A stretch of DNA of 61,365 nt from a virus (taxonomy: Duplodnaviria > Caudoviricetes), in the IMG/VR virus record IMGVR_UViG_3300032218_000733, positions 1-61,365 of that record; one strand, given 5' to 3'. Below are positions 48,334-58,112 of the stretch, piece by piece. The position numbers and the translations under genes were made by a program. Below the pieces are notes generated by a model, which had not been told where the DNA came from, made no database searches, and saw only the letters and a list, made by a program, of their open reading frames with translations. The number at the start of each line of letters is the position of its first letter. Positions within the stretch are counted from its first letter, which is position 1.

Positions 48334-49629
48334 TTACTGAATATAAACCTTTTCTGAGACCCATAGCTGGTATCCCATAAACGTAATAAGTTCAATTCCA
48401 AATTCGCTTCTTGCGACTGTATTTAAATACTTTTGGTGATAGGGATATTTACACAAGAAAAGTTTATTGTGTCCTATGGCAAATGGGACCAGAGTAGGGA
48501 ATGTTCGTAGATATTCTACTAGACCATCCATTACTCCAAGCCAGTGGGGGTGGGTAATATCATCTAAAATTACTATACCTGTGTCGCTAACATATTTTTC
48601 TGCCAGCTTTAAATCATTTAATGTATGTGTCTTTGTGTGCCCGCCATCTATAGAAAAATATCTAATAGATCCTGGCTTTATTAAAGAAGAAATTTCTGAC
48701 TGTGTTTTGCCTGAAGTTGAATCTCCTTTAATTATATTAACTTTTTTGCCTTTAAAATTATCGTAGTTATTTAAATTTTCTTTAAATATATCAGTAGAAC
48801 CTTGCCCACCATTAGAATCACTATTAAGATGTTGATCTTCAAAGATATCTATGGCATATGAATTTTCTTCGGTATCAATCATATTTCTAAGAAGAAGGAA
48901 GAAGCGACCCATATAAACTCCAATTTCTGCTACCCCTCCTTCTTTATTCCAATCAACATTAAGTGTTTTCATAAATTCTGGAAGTGTTCTTACAACCCAT
49001 CCAGGAACTTTAGTAAAACCATCATTGAGATATTTATCGTAATCTGACTCAATGATATCTTTACCAATCCCCATAAAATCTAAGTTTGTTTTAACTGATG
49101 AAGAATACATTTTAGGCATTGCTATCTTAGAAAGTTTAGTAAATAATTCTTGGCTTTCATCTTGTCTTCCTACCCACCAAGCACATACAGCTTTTTGAAA
49201 TGTTAAACAAAAATCTCCTGGGTAATCAACACCTACTGGAAGTGGTGCATGGTTTCCTGATAATTTATAAAGACCAACTTCTGCATAGGTATATGCTTGT
49301 TGCCAATTCTTATTTCGTTCACTATAACGAGAAAGTAAGAACCATGCTTCAGGTCTTCCTGGTTGATATGCCGCAGCTTTTAGAAAAAGATTTTCTACTG
49401 TTGCTTGTCTATTTTTTTGATTTTCAAAACAATTTGCTGACTTCAATAATGATGCATATACATATTCTGGATGTGAATAGTAACCATATTCTGCCGCCCT
49501 TAAATAAAATGAAATAGCAGCAGCTGTTTGTCCTACAAGTTCATACTCTGTAGCAATGCTAAAACAAAGCTTTGGGTCAAAAGGGTCTTTGCTTAGTTTT
49601 TCAACTAATTCATTTATAACCTCAAACAT
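48334..49629 (-). CDS. TPR-repeat protein fused to a class I SAM methyltransferase (Methyltransf_24-like)
   Basis: N-terminal TPR-like helices (YLRAAE, P.RPEA.F.L); C-terminal EIGVYMG, AIDIF, SIDGGH, ILDD. Confidence 0.8.
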   Translation of the reverse strand: MFEVINELVEKLSKDPFDPKLCFSIATEYELVGQTAAAISFYLRAAEYGYYSHPEYVYASLLKSANCFENQKNRQATVENLFLKAAAYQPGRPEAWFLLSRYSERNKNWQQAYTYAEVGLYKLSGNHAPLPVGVDYPGDFCLTFQKAVCAWWVGRQDESQELFTKLSKIAMPKMYSSSVKTNLDFMGIGKDIIESDYDKYLNDGFTKVPGWVVRTLPEFMKTLNVDWNKEGGVAEIGVYMGRFFLLLRNMIDTEENSYAIDIFEDQHLNSDSNGGQGSTDIFKENLNNYDNFKGKKVNIIKGDSTSGKTQSEISSLIKPGSIRYFSIDGGHTKTHTLNDLKLAEKYVSDTGIVILDDITHPHWLGVMDGLVEYLRTFPTLVPFAIGHNKLFLCKYPYHQKYLNTVARSEFGIELITFMGYQLWVSEKVYIQ

Positions 49630-50620
49630 TTATAGCCTCTGCAATCATACTATCTATTACATCTCCTGGAACCCTTAGAACAAAAGCTGCATTGTCTACA
49701 TAGCCAAATGTGACGAGAAGGTCATTTTCTAATTCTGCGGCGCCAGCACAGAATTCTATTTGCCCATCTAGAAAAGACCAGCATTCTGGAGACATTCCTT
49801 GAAGAATAAACTTATCATCCCATACACATAATCTATGTCTATATGTAGCATTTTTCTGCTTCATATAATTTTTATATAAAACAACTTCATGTGTAATAGC
49901 GATGTATTTATCTTTCCATTTAATAACTTGGGATCCACCACGTTGATCAGAATTAATAGCATTGCCTTCTTCGTGAGAAACTTGTTCACATTTAGATTCT
50001 TTAGGATATGCTTTAACTACCTCTGTAGGAGATGTCCATTTAATATATTGAAATTCTCTATCTAAAATAGGCATCCAATTTTTTTCACAATAAGATGTTT
50101 CATCTATTGGTGCTGGAATTCTAATACGAGATATTTCTTCTGCCGTCCAATTTTCTTTATCAATCTTTAATTCTGATAATTCCATACGACCAACTCCGTT
50201 GGTTGTTGTATCTCTGCGAACTCCTGTAGCATAATATTTGCCATCCCATTTAACAAGTCTTGCATCTTCTAATCCAACAAATGTCCATATTGGGGCAACA
50301 TCTAATTTAGTAGTATCAATCAATGTCCAGTTAATTATATTTAAATCTTTATCAAGTCGGCAAAGGTAGTTGGAAGTTATTAATCTTTGATCTTCTTCTG
50401 GATGTAAATATGCTAATGGTCCCCATACGCTAGGAAATCTTTGATCATTTTCAGAATGATATAAAGTATAGTTTATGTGTCTTAATATACATAGGATATC
50501 TCCATCATCATCTATAAAGATAGAGGGATTCATTAATCCTGTCCCGCCCGTTTCTTCGGAAGGAATAATAAGTGGAACTAAATTGCCCCCATTAGATATT
50601 GATTTTTGTACTAGATTCAT
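49622..50620 (-). CDS. Beta-propeller glycoside hydrolase/phosphorylase-like protein (GH43/GH130-like fold)
   Basis: NPSI, GLEDARL, EKNWMP, RGGSQ, IEFCAG, FG..D. Confidence 0.65.
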   Translation of the reverse strand: MNLVQKSISNGGNLVPLIIPSEETGGTGLMNPSIFIDDDGDILCILRHINYTLYHSENDQRFPSVWGPLAYLHPEEDQRLITSNYLCRLDKDLNIINWTLIDTTKLDVAPIWTFVGLEDARLVKWDGKYYATGVRRDTTTNGVGRMELSELKIDKENWTAEEISRIRIPAPIDETSYCEKNWMPILDREFQYIKWTSPTEVVKAYPKESKCEQVSHEEGNAINSDQRGGSQVIKWKDKYIAITHEVVLYKNYMKQKNATYRHRLCVWDDKFILQGMSPECWSFLDGQIEFCAGAAELENDLLVTFGYVDNAAFVLRVPGDVIDSMIAEAINV

Positions 50621-50659
50621 AGTATCTATTCTACTATTTAAAGCAATTATTGTAAATGC

Positions 50660-51004
50660 TTATTCTACTTTATTCCAAGATGTTGTTTCTTCATTCCACA
50701 AATATAGATCTCCGTCTGATGGATAAGGTATTGGTGAATTCCAGCCACATGTTTCTTCATTTAAAAGCCATGATTCAAACATTTTTGGTGGGATAAAAGC
50801 ATCACGAGACTCATCATACGTATAACCTATTCCAGCATAATTTTTACGAATATTATGATTATATGATGTGCGTAAACATCTTTGTCCACGGAAATTTCCA
50901 TACCAGGTTTCAGTATCTAAGCCCTCAATAAGTTCAGTCTCGTCAATACCAGTAATAACTTCTGTTACTATATTATTATTATCTAAAAATGCATAATGTG
51001 CCAT
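50660..51004 (-). CDS. Small partner of Gly-rich fibre (MAHYA family)
   Basis: MAHYAFLD.NNIV, RKNYAGIGYTYD..RDAFIPP; paralogous to 53342..53701. Confidence 0.7.
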   Translation of the reverse strand: MAHYAFLDNNNIVTEVITGIDETELIEGLDTETWYGNFRGQRCLRTSYNHNIRKNYAGIGYTYDESRDAFIPPKMFESWLLNEETCGWNSPIPYPSDGDLYLWNEETTSWNKVE

Positions 51005-53307
51005 TACCAAGTCACCGTTCCTGTTCCACCAGTAAATCTGTATACTCTATATCCAGATCTTGAAGGTTCTGTATAACTTAATCCACCGCTAATTGTAGGT
51101 GCTGCAAACGAGTTTGAGTATGCAATTATTACTACTCCAGATCCTCCACCACCATTTGGTGCTGCTGCACCAACGTTTATCCCGCCGCCACCACCGCCGC
51201 CAGTATTAGCAGAACCAGAAACAGCTGCTCTTAGAGTATTTAAACTATTAGCATTTCCATTTGCGCCAGCTCCTCCGCCTCCAGAGCCTCCAGCTGCTGT
51301 TGACGCTCCTTGATAAACAGATCCACCACCACCACCTGCATATGTTACAGAAGATCCTGTAATTGATGAGTCGCCACCTGCTCCACCATTACCAACTGTT
51401 GTGTTTGTTCCATCAGTTCCAACTGCGCCTTTTCCTCCGCCGCCACCAGAACCTATAATGCCACCTGCGTATGATCCAGTTGCATCTCCACCCTTATTTC
51501 CTTGCCCAGATATTCCAGCTGCTCCAGTAGCTCTTCCAGGGGTTCCGTCTGAGTTACTACCGCCACCACCAGAACCACCAGAGTTTGCATTTCCAACAGC
51601 ATTACCTGCTCCACCACCTCCACCAGTTGATGTTATTGATGAAAATGTTGAATTGCTTCCGCTTGCTCCAACTGCTGCTGTTGAACTATTTTGTGCGCCT
51701 CCGCCACCGACCGTGACAGTGTAAGATCCACTATTTACTGATGTAGTTCCAGTTAACATTCCTCCTGCGCCTCCACCACCACCCCAACCATTACCGTTTG
51801 CCGCAAATCCAGCAGCACCTCCAGCAACAACAAGATACTCTACTGATGTTGGCCCTAAATATGGTTTTGGAGTCATAGAGTTTGATTCGGAAGATGTTGT
51901 AGATGTGCCATTAGCATTTGTAGCAGACATTGTAAAAGTGTATGCTTGGTTTGTTGCAAAAGTACCAGTCACTGTAAATGGTGATGATGTTCCAGAATAA
52001 GTTAAAGCAACTGAAGGACTACTTGTAATTGTATAAGATGTAATTGTAGATCCGCCAGTTGCTCCTGCTGTAAATGGAATAGAAACTGTAGTGTCATTTG
52101 TTCTTGTAACTGTACCAATAGTTGGTGCTTGTGGAACGGTTGTTGCAGTTACTCCAGATGATGCAGGGCTTGACGTAGATGTTCCATTAGCATTTGTTGC
52201 TGTAGCTGTATATGTATACTGAGTAGAAGATTGAAGTCCAGTAACTATAAGTGGAGATGATGAGCCTGATGCTGTGTATGAACCAGGAGAAGATGTAATT
52301 GTATATCCTGTAATAGCAGATCCTCCTGTAGAAGGTGCAGTAAATGCTACAGATGCAGATCCATTGTTATATGCACGACTAGAAGGTGTATTTGTTGCAG
52401 TAGGCGCAGACATTGTTGCTGGTGCTGTTGAAGGTGTTAAAGAGGCAGATGCTGAACTTGCTGTTGAATTTCCATTAGCATTAGTTGCAACTGCGGTAAA
52501 AGTATAAGCTGTTCCAGAAGTTAGTCCAGCAACGGTTACAGGGCTTGTGCCTGAGCCAGTTAATGATCCTGGGCTAGATGTTACTGTAAATCCTGATACT
52601 GCCTTACCGCCTGTTGCGTTTGCTGTTACTGGAACAGAAGCAGAAGTAGTAGATCCAAATGCTACTCCAGTAATGTTTGTTGGAGTTCCAATTGTGGGCG
52701 CTTGTGGAACAGAAGTTGTTGTAACTGAAGATGAAGAGCTAGAGGCTAATGCATTTCCATATCCATTAGTTGCTGTGACTGTAAAAGTATATGCTGTTCC
52801 AAGTGCTAGTCCAGTTACTCTAACTGGCGATGAAGAGCCTGATGCGCTAATTGCTCCAGGAGATGAAAGTGCTGTAAATGAAGATGCTAATCCGCCCCCA
52901 GCTGCTGGCGTAAATGCAACATCTACTGCTCCTGAGTTATATGTAATATTAGTACCAACATCTGTGGCTGTTCCAATTGTTGCAGATAATGGAATTACAC
53001 CAAGTTGTGACCATCCTGCTGATGTGTAAACTTCAATATACCCTGTTTGTGTATTTGAATAAATGTCGCCTAATGCAGGTGATCCTGGTCTACTTGCTGT
53101 ATCACCTTTTTGAAATCCATTTGGTAATGTAACCCAAGATGTTGATGTTCCATCAGTTTGTAAAACTTTATTAGCGGAAGATGTTTGTAAAGGTAGTAAT
53201 GCATTTAGAGCATTATTAGCAGAAGTTTGTCCTGTTCCGCCCTCTGTGAGGGCAATAGGAGTAGGACTAGTTATGCTAGTCTTTACTTTAAAATTCTTAT
53301 CTGCCAA
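51004..53307 (-). CDS. Multi-FN3 + glycine-rich-domain fibre/adhesin
   Basis: Four FN3-like repeats (YTFT..ATN..G), then VEYLVVAGG...GGSGVVIIAY. TTG start. Confidence 0.8.
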   Translation of the reverse strand: MADKNFKVKTSITSPTPIALTEGGTGQTSANNALNALLPLQTSSANKVLQTDGTSTSWVTLPNGFQKGDTASRPGSPALGDIYSNTQTGYIEVYTSAGWSQLGVIPLSATIGTATDVGTNITYNSGAVDVAFTPAAGGGLASSFTALSSPGAISASGSSSPVRVTGLALGTAYTFTVTATNGYGNALASSSSSSVTTTSVPQAPTIGTPTNITGVAFGSTTSASVPVTANATGGKAVSGFTVTSSPGSLTGSGTSPVTVAGLTSGTAYTFTAVATNANGNSTASSASASLTPSTAPATMSAPTATNTPSSRAYNNGSASVAFTAPSTGGSAITGYTITSSPGSYTASGSSSPLIVTGLQSSTQYTYTATATNANGTSTSSPASSGVTATTVPQAPTIGTVTRTNDTTVSIPFTAGATGGSTITSYTITSSPSVALTYSGTSSPFTVTGTFATNQAYTFTMSATNANGTSTTSSESNSMTPKPYLGPTSVEYLVVAGGAAGFAANGNGWGGGGGAGGMLTGTTSVNSGSYTVTVGGGGAQNSSTAAVGASGSNSTFSSITSTGGGGGAGNAVGNANSGGSGGGGSNSDGTPGRATGAAGISGQGNKGGDATGSYAGGIIGSGGGGGKGAVGTDGTNTTVGNGGAGGDSSITGSSVTYAGGGGGSVYQGASTAAGGSGGGGAGANGNANSLNTLRAAVSGSANTGGGGGGGINVGAAAPNGGGGSGVVIIAYSNSFAAPTISGGLSYTEPSRSGYRVYRFTGGTGTVTW

Positions 53308-53341
53308 TTCGGTTCACATATCCCCTACTTAAATTATTTTA

Positions 53342-53701
53342 TTAAACTGCTATATCCCAATTACAAGTGTCTTCGTTAAGAGTCCAAGTAACTTCTTTTG
53401 TCTGCCCCTCGTTATCTGGATCTGGAATAGTAGTCGGCGGCATAGGTGGAATAAAAGCATCTCTTACTGAATCCCATGTATATCCAATACCTGCATAATT
53501 CTTTCTAAACCCTGCTTCATTTGTAATCTCATTTGTATCAGGATTTCTACGCTTTCCGCCAACTGCATTATATGAAGTCTTTACCCAAGTTCCGCCAAGG
53601 TTATCAATTAACCATTGATATCCTTCATCTGGATCATCGTTTGATCCAACAAGGACTCTTGTTACAATGTTGTTTTCATCTAATTCTGCCCAATGTGCCA
53701 T
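53342..53701 (-). CDS. Small partner of Gly-rich fibre (MAHWA family)
   Basis: MAHWAELDENNIV, TSYN, RKNYAGIGYTWD..RDAFIPP. Confidence 0.72.
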   Translation of the reverse strand: MAHWAELDENNIVTRVLVGSNDDPDEGYQWLIDNLGGTWVKTSYNAVGGKRRNPDTNEITNEAGFRKNYAGIGYTWDSVRDAFIPPMPPTTIPDPDNEGQTKEVTWTLNEDTCNWDIAV

Positions 53702-53731
53702 TTAATTTCTCCTTTGTTATTATATAATAGG

Positions 53732-53923
53732 TTATTCAATTATATCATTTGTTGGTGCTGAAGTACGCTCTACATCTTCCGCCAATATTGTTTCATTTAC
53801 AAGCACATAATTATTATTTCCACATGCATTACATGTTGGAAAAAACATAGGTTCATCTTTTCCACGTTGTTCTACATATGTATGTCCACAACATGCTGCT
53901 TTATATTCATATTTAACTGTCAT
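53732..53923 (-). CDS. Small Zn-ribbon-like protein
   Basis: CCGH...CNACG; SD GGAG upstream. Confidence 0.65.
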   Translation of the reverse strand: MTVKYEYKAACCGHTYVEQRGKDEPMFFPTCNACGNNNYVLVNETILAEDVERTSAPTNDIIE

Positions 53924-53939
53924 TTATTTATCTCCAATT

Positions 53940-54800
53940 TTAATAGTATAATAATATACATCCTGCGCCACCTGCACCACCAGAAGTAGCGCCATTAATA
54001 TTACCTCCGCCACCTCCGCCTCCACCAGAACCACCAGCACCACCTGTATAACCTGAAGCAGCACTACCTGCTGCTAGGAAACCTGCACCCCCACTGCCTG
54101 CTGAACCACCGCTACCTCCAGTATAAGTAGAACTTGCGCCACCAACACCGCCAGCAACGCCATTCCAGCCACCTCCACCTCCGCCTCCAGTATAAACACC
54201 AGCACCACCAGCACAACCTGAACCTGATGTAGAAGCACCACCGCCACCTCCGCCTCCACCTGAAAGACCAGATCCACCAACAGAAGTAGTTGCACCACTG
54301 CTATTAGCACCGCCGCCTCCACCTCCACCTGCTGTACCAGCAACACCAGTGGCTGTTCCACCAGTTCCGCCAGGAATTCCTGAATAACCTGTTGCACCAT
54401 TTGCTGCTGTTGATGCCCATGAACCACCACCACCTCCACCAATTTCTGGATTTGATGTAGTTGTTGGAGAAGTATTAAGTCCACCGCCACCTCCGCCTGC
54501 AAGAAGTCCGCCTATAGATGTTGTTCCACCTTTGTTGCCATTAGAAGCAGCAGCAACTGCTGTACCTCCTGCACCAATTGTAATTTGCGTAGTTGTAGAA
54601 GTTTTTGCCCAACCAATAGCAACACCACCTCCTCCACCACCGCCGCAAGAATGGCCTGCGCTTCCGCCACCACCTATTGCTATTGCCCATACCCAGGTAA
54701 CTCCTGCGGGAATAGTAACAGTTGTACCTGATGTAATTGTTTGCTGTAATGTTAACTTTGTTGGATTAAATCCTGCTAAACTTAATAAACTAACTGTCAT
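53940..54800 (-). CDS. Glycine-rich-domain adhesin
   Basis: TIPAGVTWVWAIAIGGGG...GAGCILLYY; start at a TAATG overlap. Confidence 0.75.
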   Translation of the reverse strand: MTVSLLSLAGFNPTKLTLQQTITSGTTVTIPAGVTWVWAIAIGGGGSAGHSCGGGGGGGVAIGWAKTSTTTQITIGAGGTAVAAASNGNKGGTTSIGGLLAGGGGGGLNTSPTTTSNPEIGGGGGGSWASTAANGATGYSGIPGGTGGTATGVAGTAGGGGGGGANSSGATTSVGGSGLSGGGGGGGGASTSGSGCAGGAGVYTGGGGGGGWNGVAGGVGGASSTYTGGSGGSAGSGGAGFLAAGSAASGYTGGAGGSGGGGGGGGNINGATSGGAGGAGCILLYY

Positions 54801-55312
54801 TATCCCATTCTCCATCCATATGTTGAGCCTGTATATACAAATATTGCTGCTCCGCCATTAACATCTATTATAGCATCTTGTACGCTTCCATTGATCTTTA
54901 AGCTATTTGATCCTACTGTAATATTATAGGTTCCCGCCGTTCCTGTTGCATCAAAAATTTCAATTGCTGCTCCTACAGAAGGGGCGGCAGGTAAAGTTAA
55001 AGTTCTTGCTGCTGTTGTATCTACTAAATATCTGTATGCTGAAACAAGTGTTTGATTTGTTGAGATAGCGCTAGATGTTACAGCTGCCGCTCCCGTAGTT
55101 CCAGTTGTTCCTTGCGCTCCAGTTGTTCCCTGAGAACCTGTAGTTCCTTGAGCGCCTGTTGTTCCTTGGGCACCAGTAGTCCCTTGTGGGCCCGTAGAGC
55201 CCTGTGTACCAGTTGCCCCTTGTGTTCCAGTGGTTCCTTGTACGCCAACAGTTGAGGCGGTGCCAACAGTCTGCCAAGCACTTCCATCCCATACTTTAAT
55301 TAATTTAGCCAT
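54800..55312 (-). CDS. Short collagen-containing fibre/adaptor protein
   Basis: [11 protein letters not shown] tract, YLVDTT....LTLPA.P.VG C-terminal module. Confidence 0.72.
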   Translation of the reverse strand: MAKLIKVWDGSAWQTVGTASTVGVQGTTGTQGATGTQGSTGPQGTTGAQGTTGAQGTTGSQGTTGAQGTTGTTGAAAVTSSAISTNQTLVSAYRYLVDTTAARTLTLPAAPSVGAAIEIFDATGTAGTYNITVGSNSLKINGSVQDAIIDVNGGAAIFVYTGSTYGWRMG

Positions 55313-55316
55313 AATA

Positions 55317-55559
55317 TTATTCAGTTACCTCAACTATTGGGTTCATAATACCAATTGATATTAAATATTCCTGTGTTGGTGGTGTAAATGATGTTCCATC
55401 ATATGTTGACCACATTGCAGGAGCAGTTTCACCTACCCATACTGCATCGTCAAATCCATGTTCATGTGCTACAGCATCAGCTAGTTCCTCATCTTGTGAG
55501 GCGAATACTGCTACCTGCTGTACTATATTATTTTTAATAAATGCATAATGTTTTTCCAT
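55317..55559 (-). CDS. Small partner of Gly-rich fibre
   Basis: [10 protein letters not shown]...[10 protein letters not shown]; distant relative of the MAHYA proteins. Confidence 0.65.
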   Translation of the reverse strand: MEKHYAFIKNNIVQQVAVFASQDEELADAVAHEHGFDDAVWVGETAPAMWSTYDGTSFTPPTQEYLISIGIMNPIVEVTE

Positions 55560-55561
55560 AA

Positions 55562-56317
55562 TTAACTCCAATAATTAACTATTGCGTAACCTGAACTGCC
55601 AGCAGTTGGATTTTGAGCATTATTATTGTTTCCATCTCCACCATTTCCAGTATTTGCAATAACTGATGCAGCACTTTGTTGTGTTGCAGTTAATCCATCA
55701 CCACCATGACCAAATCCATACAGGCCTTCGCCTCCGATACCATAGGCGGCTTGCCAATTTGAAGCATTAGTTGCGTTACCTCCACGTTTTGAGGCTCCAC
55801 CACCACCACCACCTGTTGCATCCCCAGCACTATTATTGCCAAACCCGCCGCCAGAACCACCTTGTCCTATACTTGCAGTTCTTAAATTTCCAACAGAAGT
55901 TCCACCATTTGTTCCTCCACCGCCAACAGAACCAGTATTTCCATTATTTCCACCTAGGGGTGTGCCAGTACCTCCAGCACCGCCTCCACCACCACCTGCT
56001 GTTAATAAAGCACCAAAAGTAGAATTGCCTCCATTTGTTCCAGCCCCATTTGGAGATGCTCCAGCAGCCCCTGCTGCACCAATTGTTACGGTATAAGTTG
56101 TACCTGCGGTTACAGTAATATATTTTTTAAGAACCTGACCACCACCACCGCCGCCAGCAGCCGATGAAGTTGCGTAACCTCCTCCACCACCGCCACCAAC
56201 GAGTAAAACTTCTACTGTTGTAACATTAGAAGGTGTTACAAATGAACCAGTTGCTGTAAATTCTTGAACTTTTTGAGTTACGCCGCTACTTGCGGCAACT
56301 GTGCTAGTTACTCCCAT
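55562..56317 (-). CDS. Glycine-rich-domain adhesin
   Basis: FTATGSFVTPSNVTTVEVLLVGGGGGG...GSSGYAIVNY. Confidence 0.75.
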   Translation of the reverse strand: MGVTSTVAASSGVTQKVQEFTATGSFVTPSNVTTVEVLLVGGGGGGGYATSSAAGGGGGGQVLKKYITVTAGTTYTVTIGAAGAAGASPNGAGTNGGNSTFGALLTAGGGGGGAGGTGTPLGGNNGNTGSVGGGGTNGGTSVGNLRTASIGQGGSGGGFGNNSAGDATGGGGGGASKRGGNATNASNWQAAYGIGGEGLYGFGHGGDGLTATQQSAASVIANTGNGGDGNNNNAQNPTAGSSGYAIVNYWS

Positions 56318-56646
56318 TATGTTAACTCGCTTCCAAATGCTGTAAATGTTAATGCTGCTGATGTTCCAGATGCAACTGTTATAATATCAGTTGTTGCTAA
56401 TGTTGCTCCAACTGTTAAAAATGTTGTGCTATTTGCAGCAATTGATGTTGCATACATTATAGCATTTCCTACGGCTGCTGTAGCACCCGCAATTCTTACA
56501 TAAATAGTAGCTGTTGCTGCTGTTGCAGTAACATTACATATTGCAATTGAACTAACTACTGCATTTGTTGATGATGGAACAGTGTAAAGATTTACATTTG
56601 CTCCTGCAGGTGCTCCCTGCCCTAAAACTTTTGGTGTAAAAGCCAT
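56317..56646 (-). CDS. Small beta-sandwich connector protein
   Basis: LYTVPSST.AVV..I.ICN; paralogue of 57810..58112. Confidence 0.7.
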   Translation of the reverse strand: MAFTPKVLGQGAPAGANVNLYTVPSSTNAVVSSIAICNVTATAATATIYVRIAGATAAVGNAIMYATSIAANSTTFLTVGATLATTDIITVASGTSAALTFTAFGSELT

Positions 56647-56647
56647 T

Positions 56648-56869
56648 TTATAATCCCCCTAGCATCAATGACATTGCAAATGCTACTTGTCTATCCCCGT
56701 GAGGATCTGTTGCAGCTGCATGCGTTGAAATCTGTGTTGTTGTATTTGCCCGATCTCCATGTGGATCTGTGGCGGCGGAATGATTAGAAACAGCAGTAGT
56801 TATTTCAACATCTGTCCCCAAAACTGAAGATGCTGTTAATATACTTGCTAAATCTCTAACTCTAGACAT
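56648..56869 (-). CDS. Short fibre anchor with two H.AATDPHGDR repeats
   Basis: MSRVRDLA N-terminus, duplicated His motif, hydrophobic C-terminus. Confidence 0.65.
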   Translation of the reverse strand: MSRVRDLASILTASSVLGTDVEITTAVSNHSAATDPHGDRANTTTQISTHAAATDPHGDRQVAFAMSLMLGGL

Positions 56870-56886
56870 TTATTTTATTCCCCTTT

Positions 56887-57810
56887 TTATAATGTAAATC
56901 TAACAATTACTAATCCACTTTTACCAGCGCCAGCGACATTATACCCTCCGCCACCACCAGAGCCATAAGAAATACCAGCAGTTGCTGTGTAACCACCCTG
57001 ACCTCCACCATTGCCAGTTCCTCCAGCACCACCACCGCCATTAGTTGAATCTCCACCACCACCGCCAGCTGCAATATAACCAGTACTAGATAAATCTGTA
57101 CTTGTTGCTGTTAAAAAAGTTGAATAAGTATTAATCCCTGCTCCACCAGTACCATTTATGTTTCCTGAACCACTGATTCCAGCGCCTCCAGCACCTGCTC
57201 CACCACCACCTCGTGAAGAGCCTGCTGTACCTCCTGATAGAAGTGATGCTGGAGTTCCTGTTGCTGAACCACCAGTTCCACCAGCAGGAGTAGAGCCACC
57301 TGCAGTTGTATTTGTACCATTACCCCCAGAACTTGAAATTGTACTAAGTGTTGATGCTCCGCCAGCATTTGAAGCTACACCACTTCCAGGTACTGTACCA
57401 CCTGCGCCTACGGTAACTGCATAAGAGCCAGCAGCCAATGAATGTGATGCTTTATAAGATATTGAACCAGCAGCGCCACCTCCAGGAGCAGTATTAACAT
57501 TTGAACCTGATGCGCCACCACCAACAACTAAAATATCGCAAGTAATCGCTGCAGAAACGCTAAATGTTCCATTGCTTGTAAAAGCAGTATAAAGATAACC
57601 TCCTGATGCTGTTTGTGTTCCACCACTTACAGACCAAGAATATGAACCGTCTGAAAGTTTACGCCAATAGGTACCATCATATATTTCTAGATAATTCCAA
57701 TATGTATTATATAGAACATAGCCTACAGTGTTTACCCTAGCTGAAGTTCCTCCAACGTTATAGTTTACTGCGCTGGATGCGCTAGGCGTTGGAAATACTG
57801 ATTGACCCAT
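56887..57810 (-). CDS. Glycine-rich-domain adhesin
   Basis: YNT....LEIYDG..W, CDILVVGGG...GKSGLVIVRF. Confidence 0.75.
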   Translation of the reverse strand: MGQSVFPTPSASSAVNYNVGGTSARVNTVGYVLYNTYWNYLEIYDGTYWRKLSDGSYSWSVSGGTQTASGGYLYTAFTSNGTFSVSAAITCDILVVGGGASGSNVNTAPGGGAAGSISYKASHSLAAGSYAVTVGAGGTVPGSGVASNAGGASTLSTISSSGGNGTNTTAGGSTPAGGTGGSATGTPASLLSGGTAGSSRGGGGAGAGGAGISGSGNINGTGGAGINTYSTFLTATSTDLSSTGYIAAGGGGGDSTNGGGGAGGTGNGGGQGGYTATAGISYGSGGGGGYNVAGAGKSGLVIVRFTL

Positions 57811-58112
57811 TATGAAATCTCCATTCCAGAAATATGAAATTTGACTGTAACTGCGCTAGCAAAGCCAGCAATAATTTTAGTTGTTGCTAATACTTGTTTT
57901 ATATCAAACATAGCAGTTGAATTTGCAGCAATTGCTGTTGTAGTAAATATGTCCACTCCATCAAAAGTTAATGTGAATGTGGCAGCTGTTGCTGCTGAAT
58001 TTGTTACTACAATATTTGTTACAACTGTAGTTGTTGATGCTGGAACTGTGTAAAGAGTTGCAGTTGATGTTCCTGCTGCTGCTCTTACCAGTGCTTTTGC
58101 TAGATTTGCCAT
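57810..58112 (-). CDS. Small beta-sandwich connector protein
   Basis: LYTVPASTTTVVTNIVVTN...SGMEIS. Confidence 0.7.
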   Translation of the reverse strand: MANLAKALVRAAAGTSTATLYTVPASTTTVVTNIVVTNSAATAATFTLTFDGVDIFTTTAIAANSTAMFDIKQVLATTKIIAGFASAVTVKFHISGMEIS

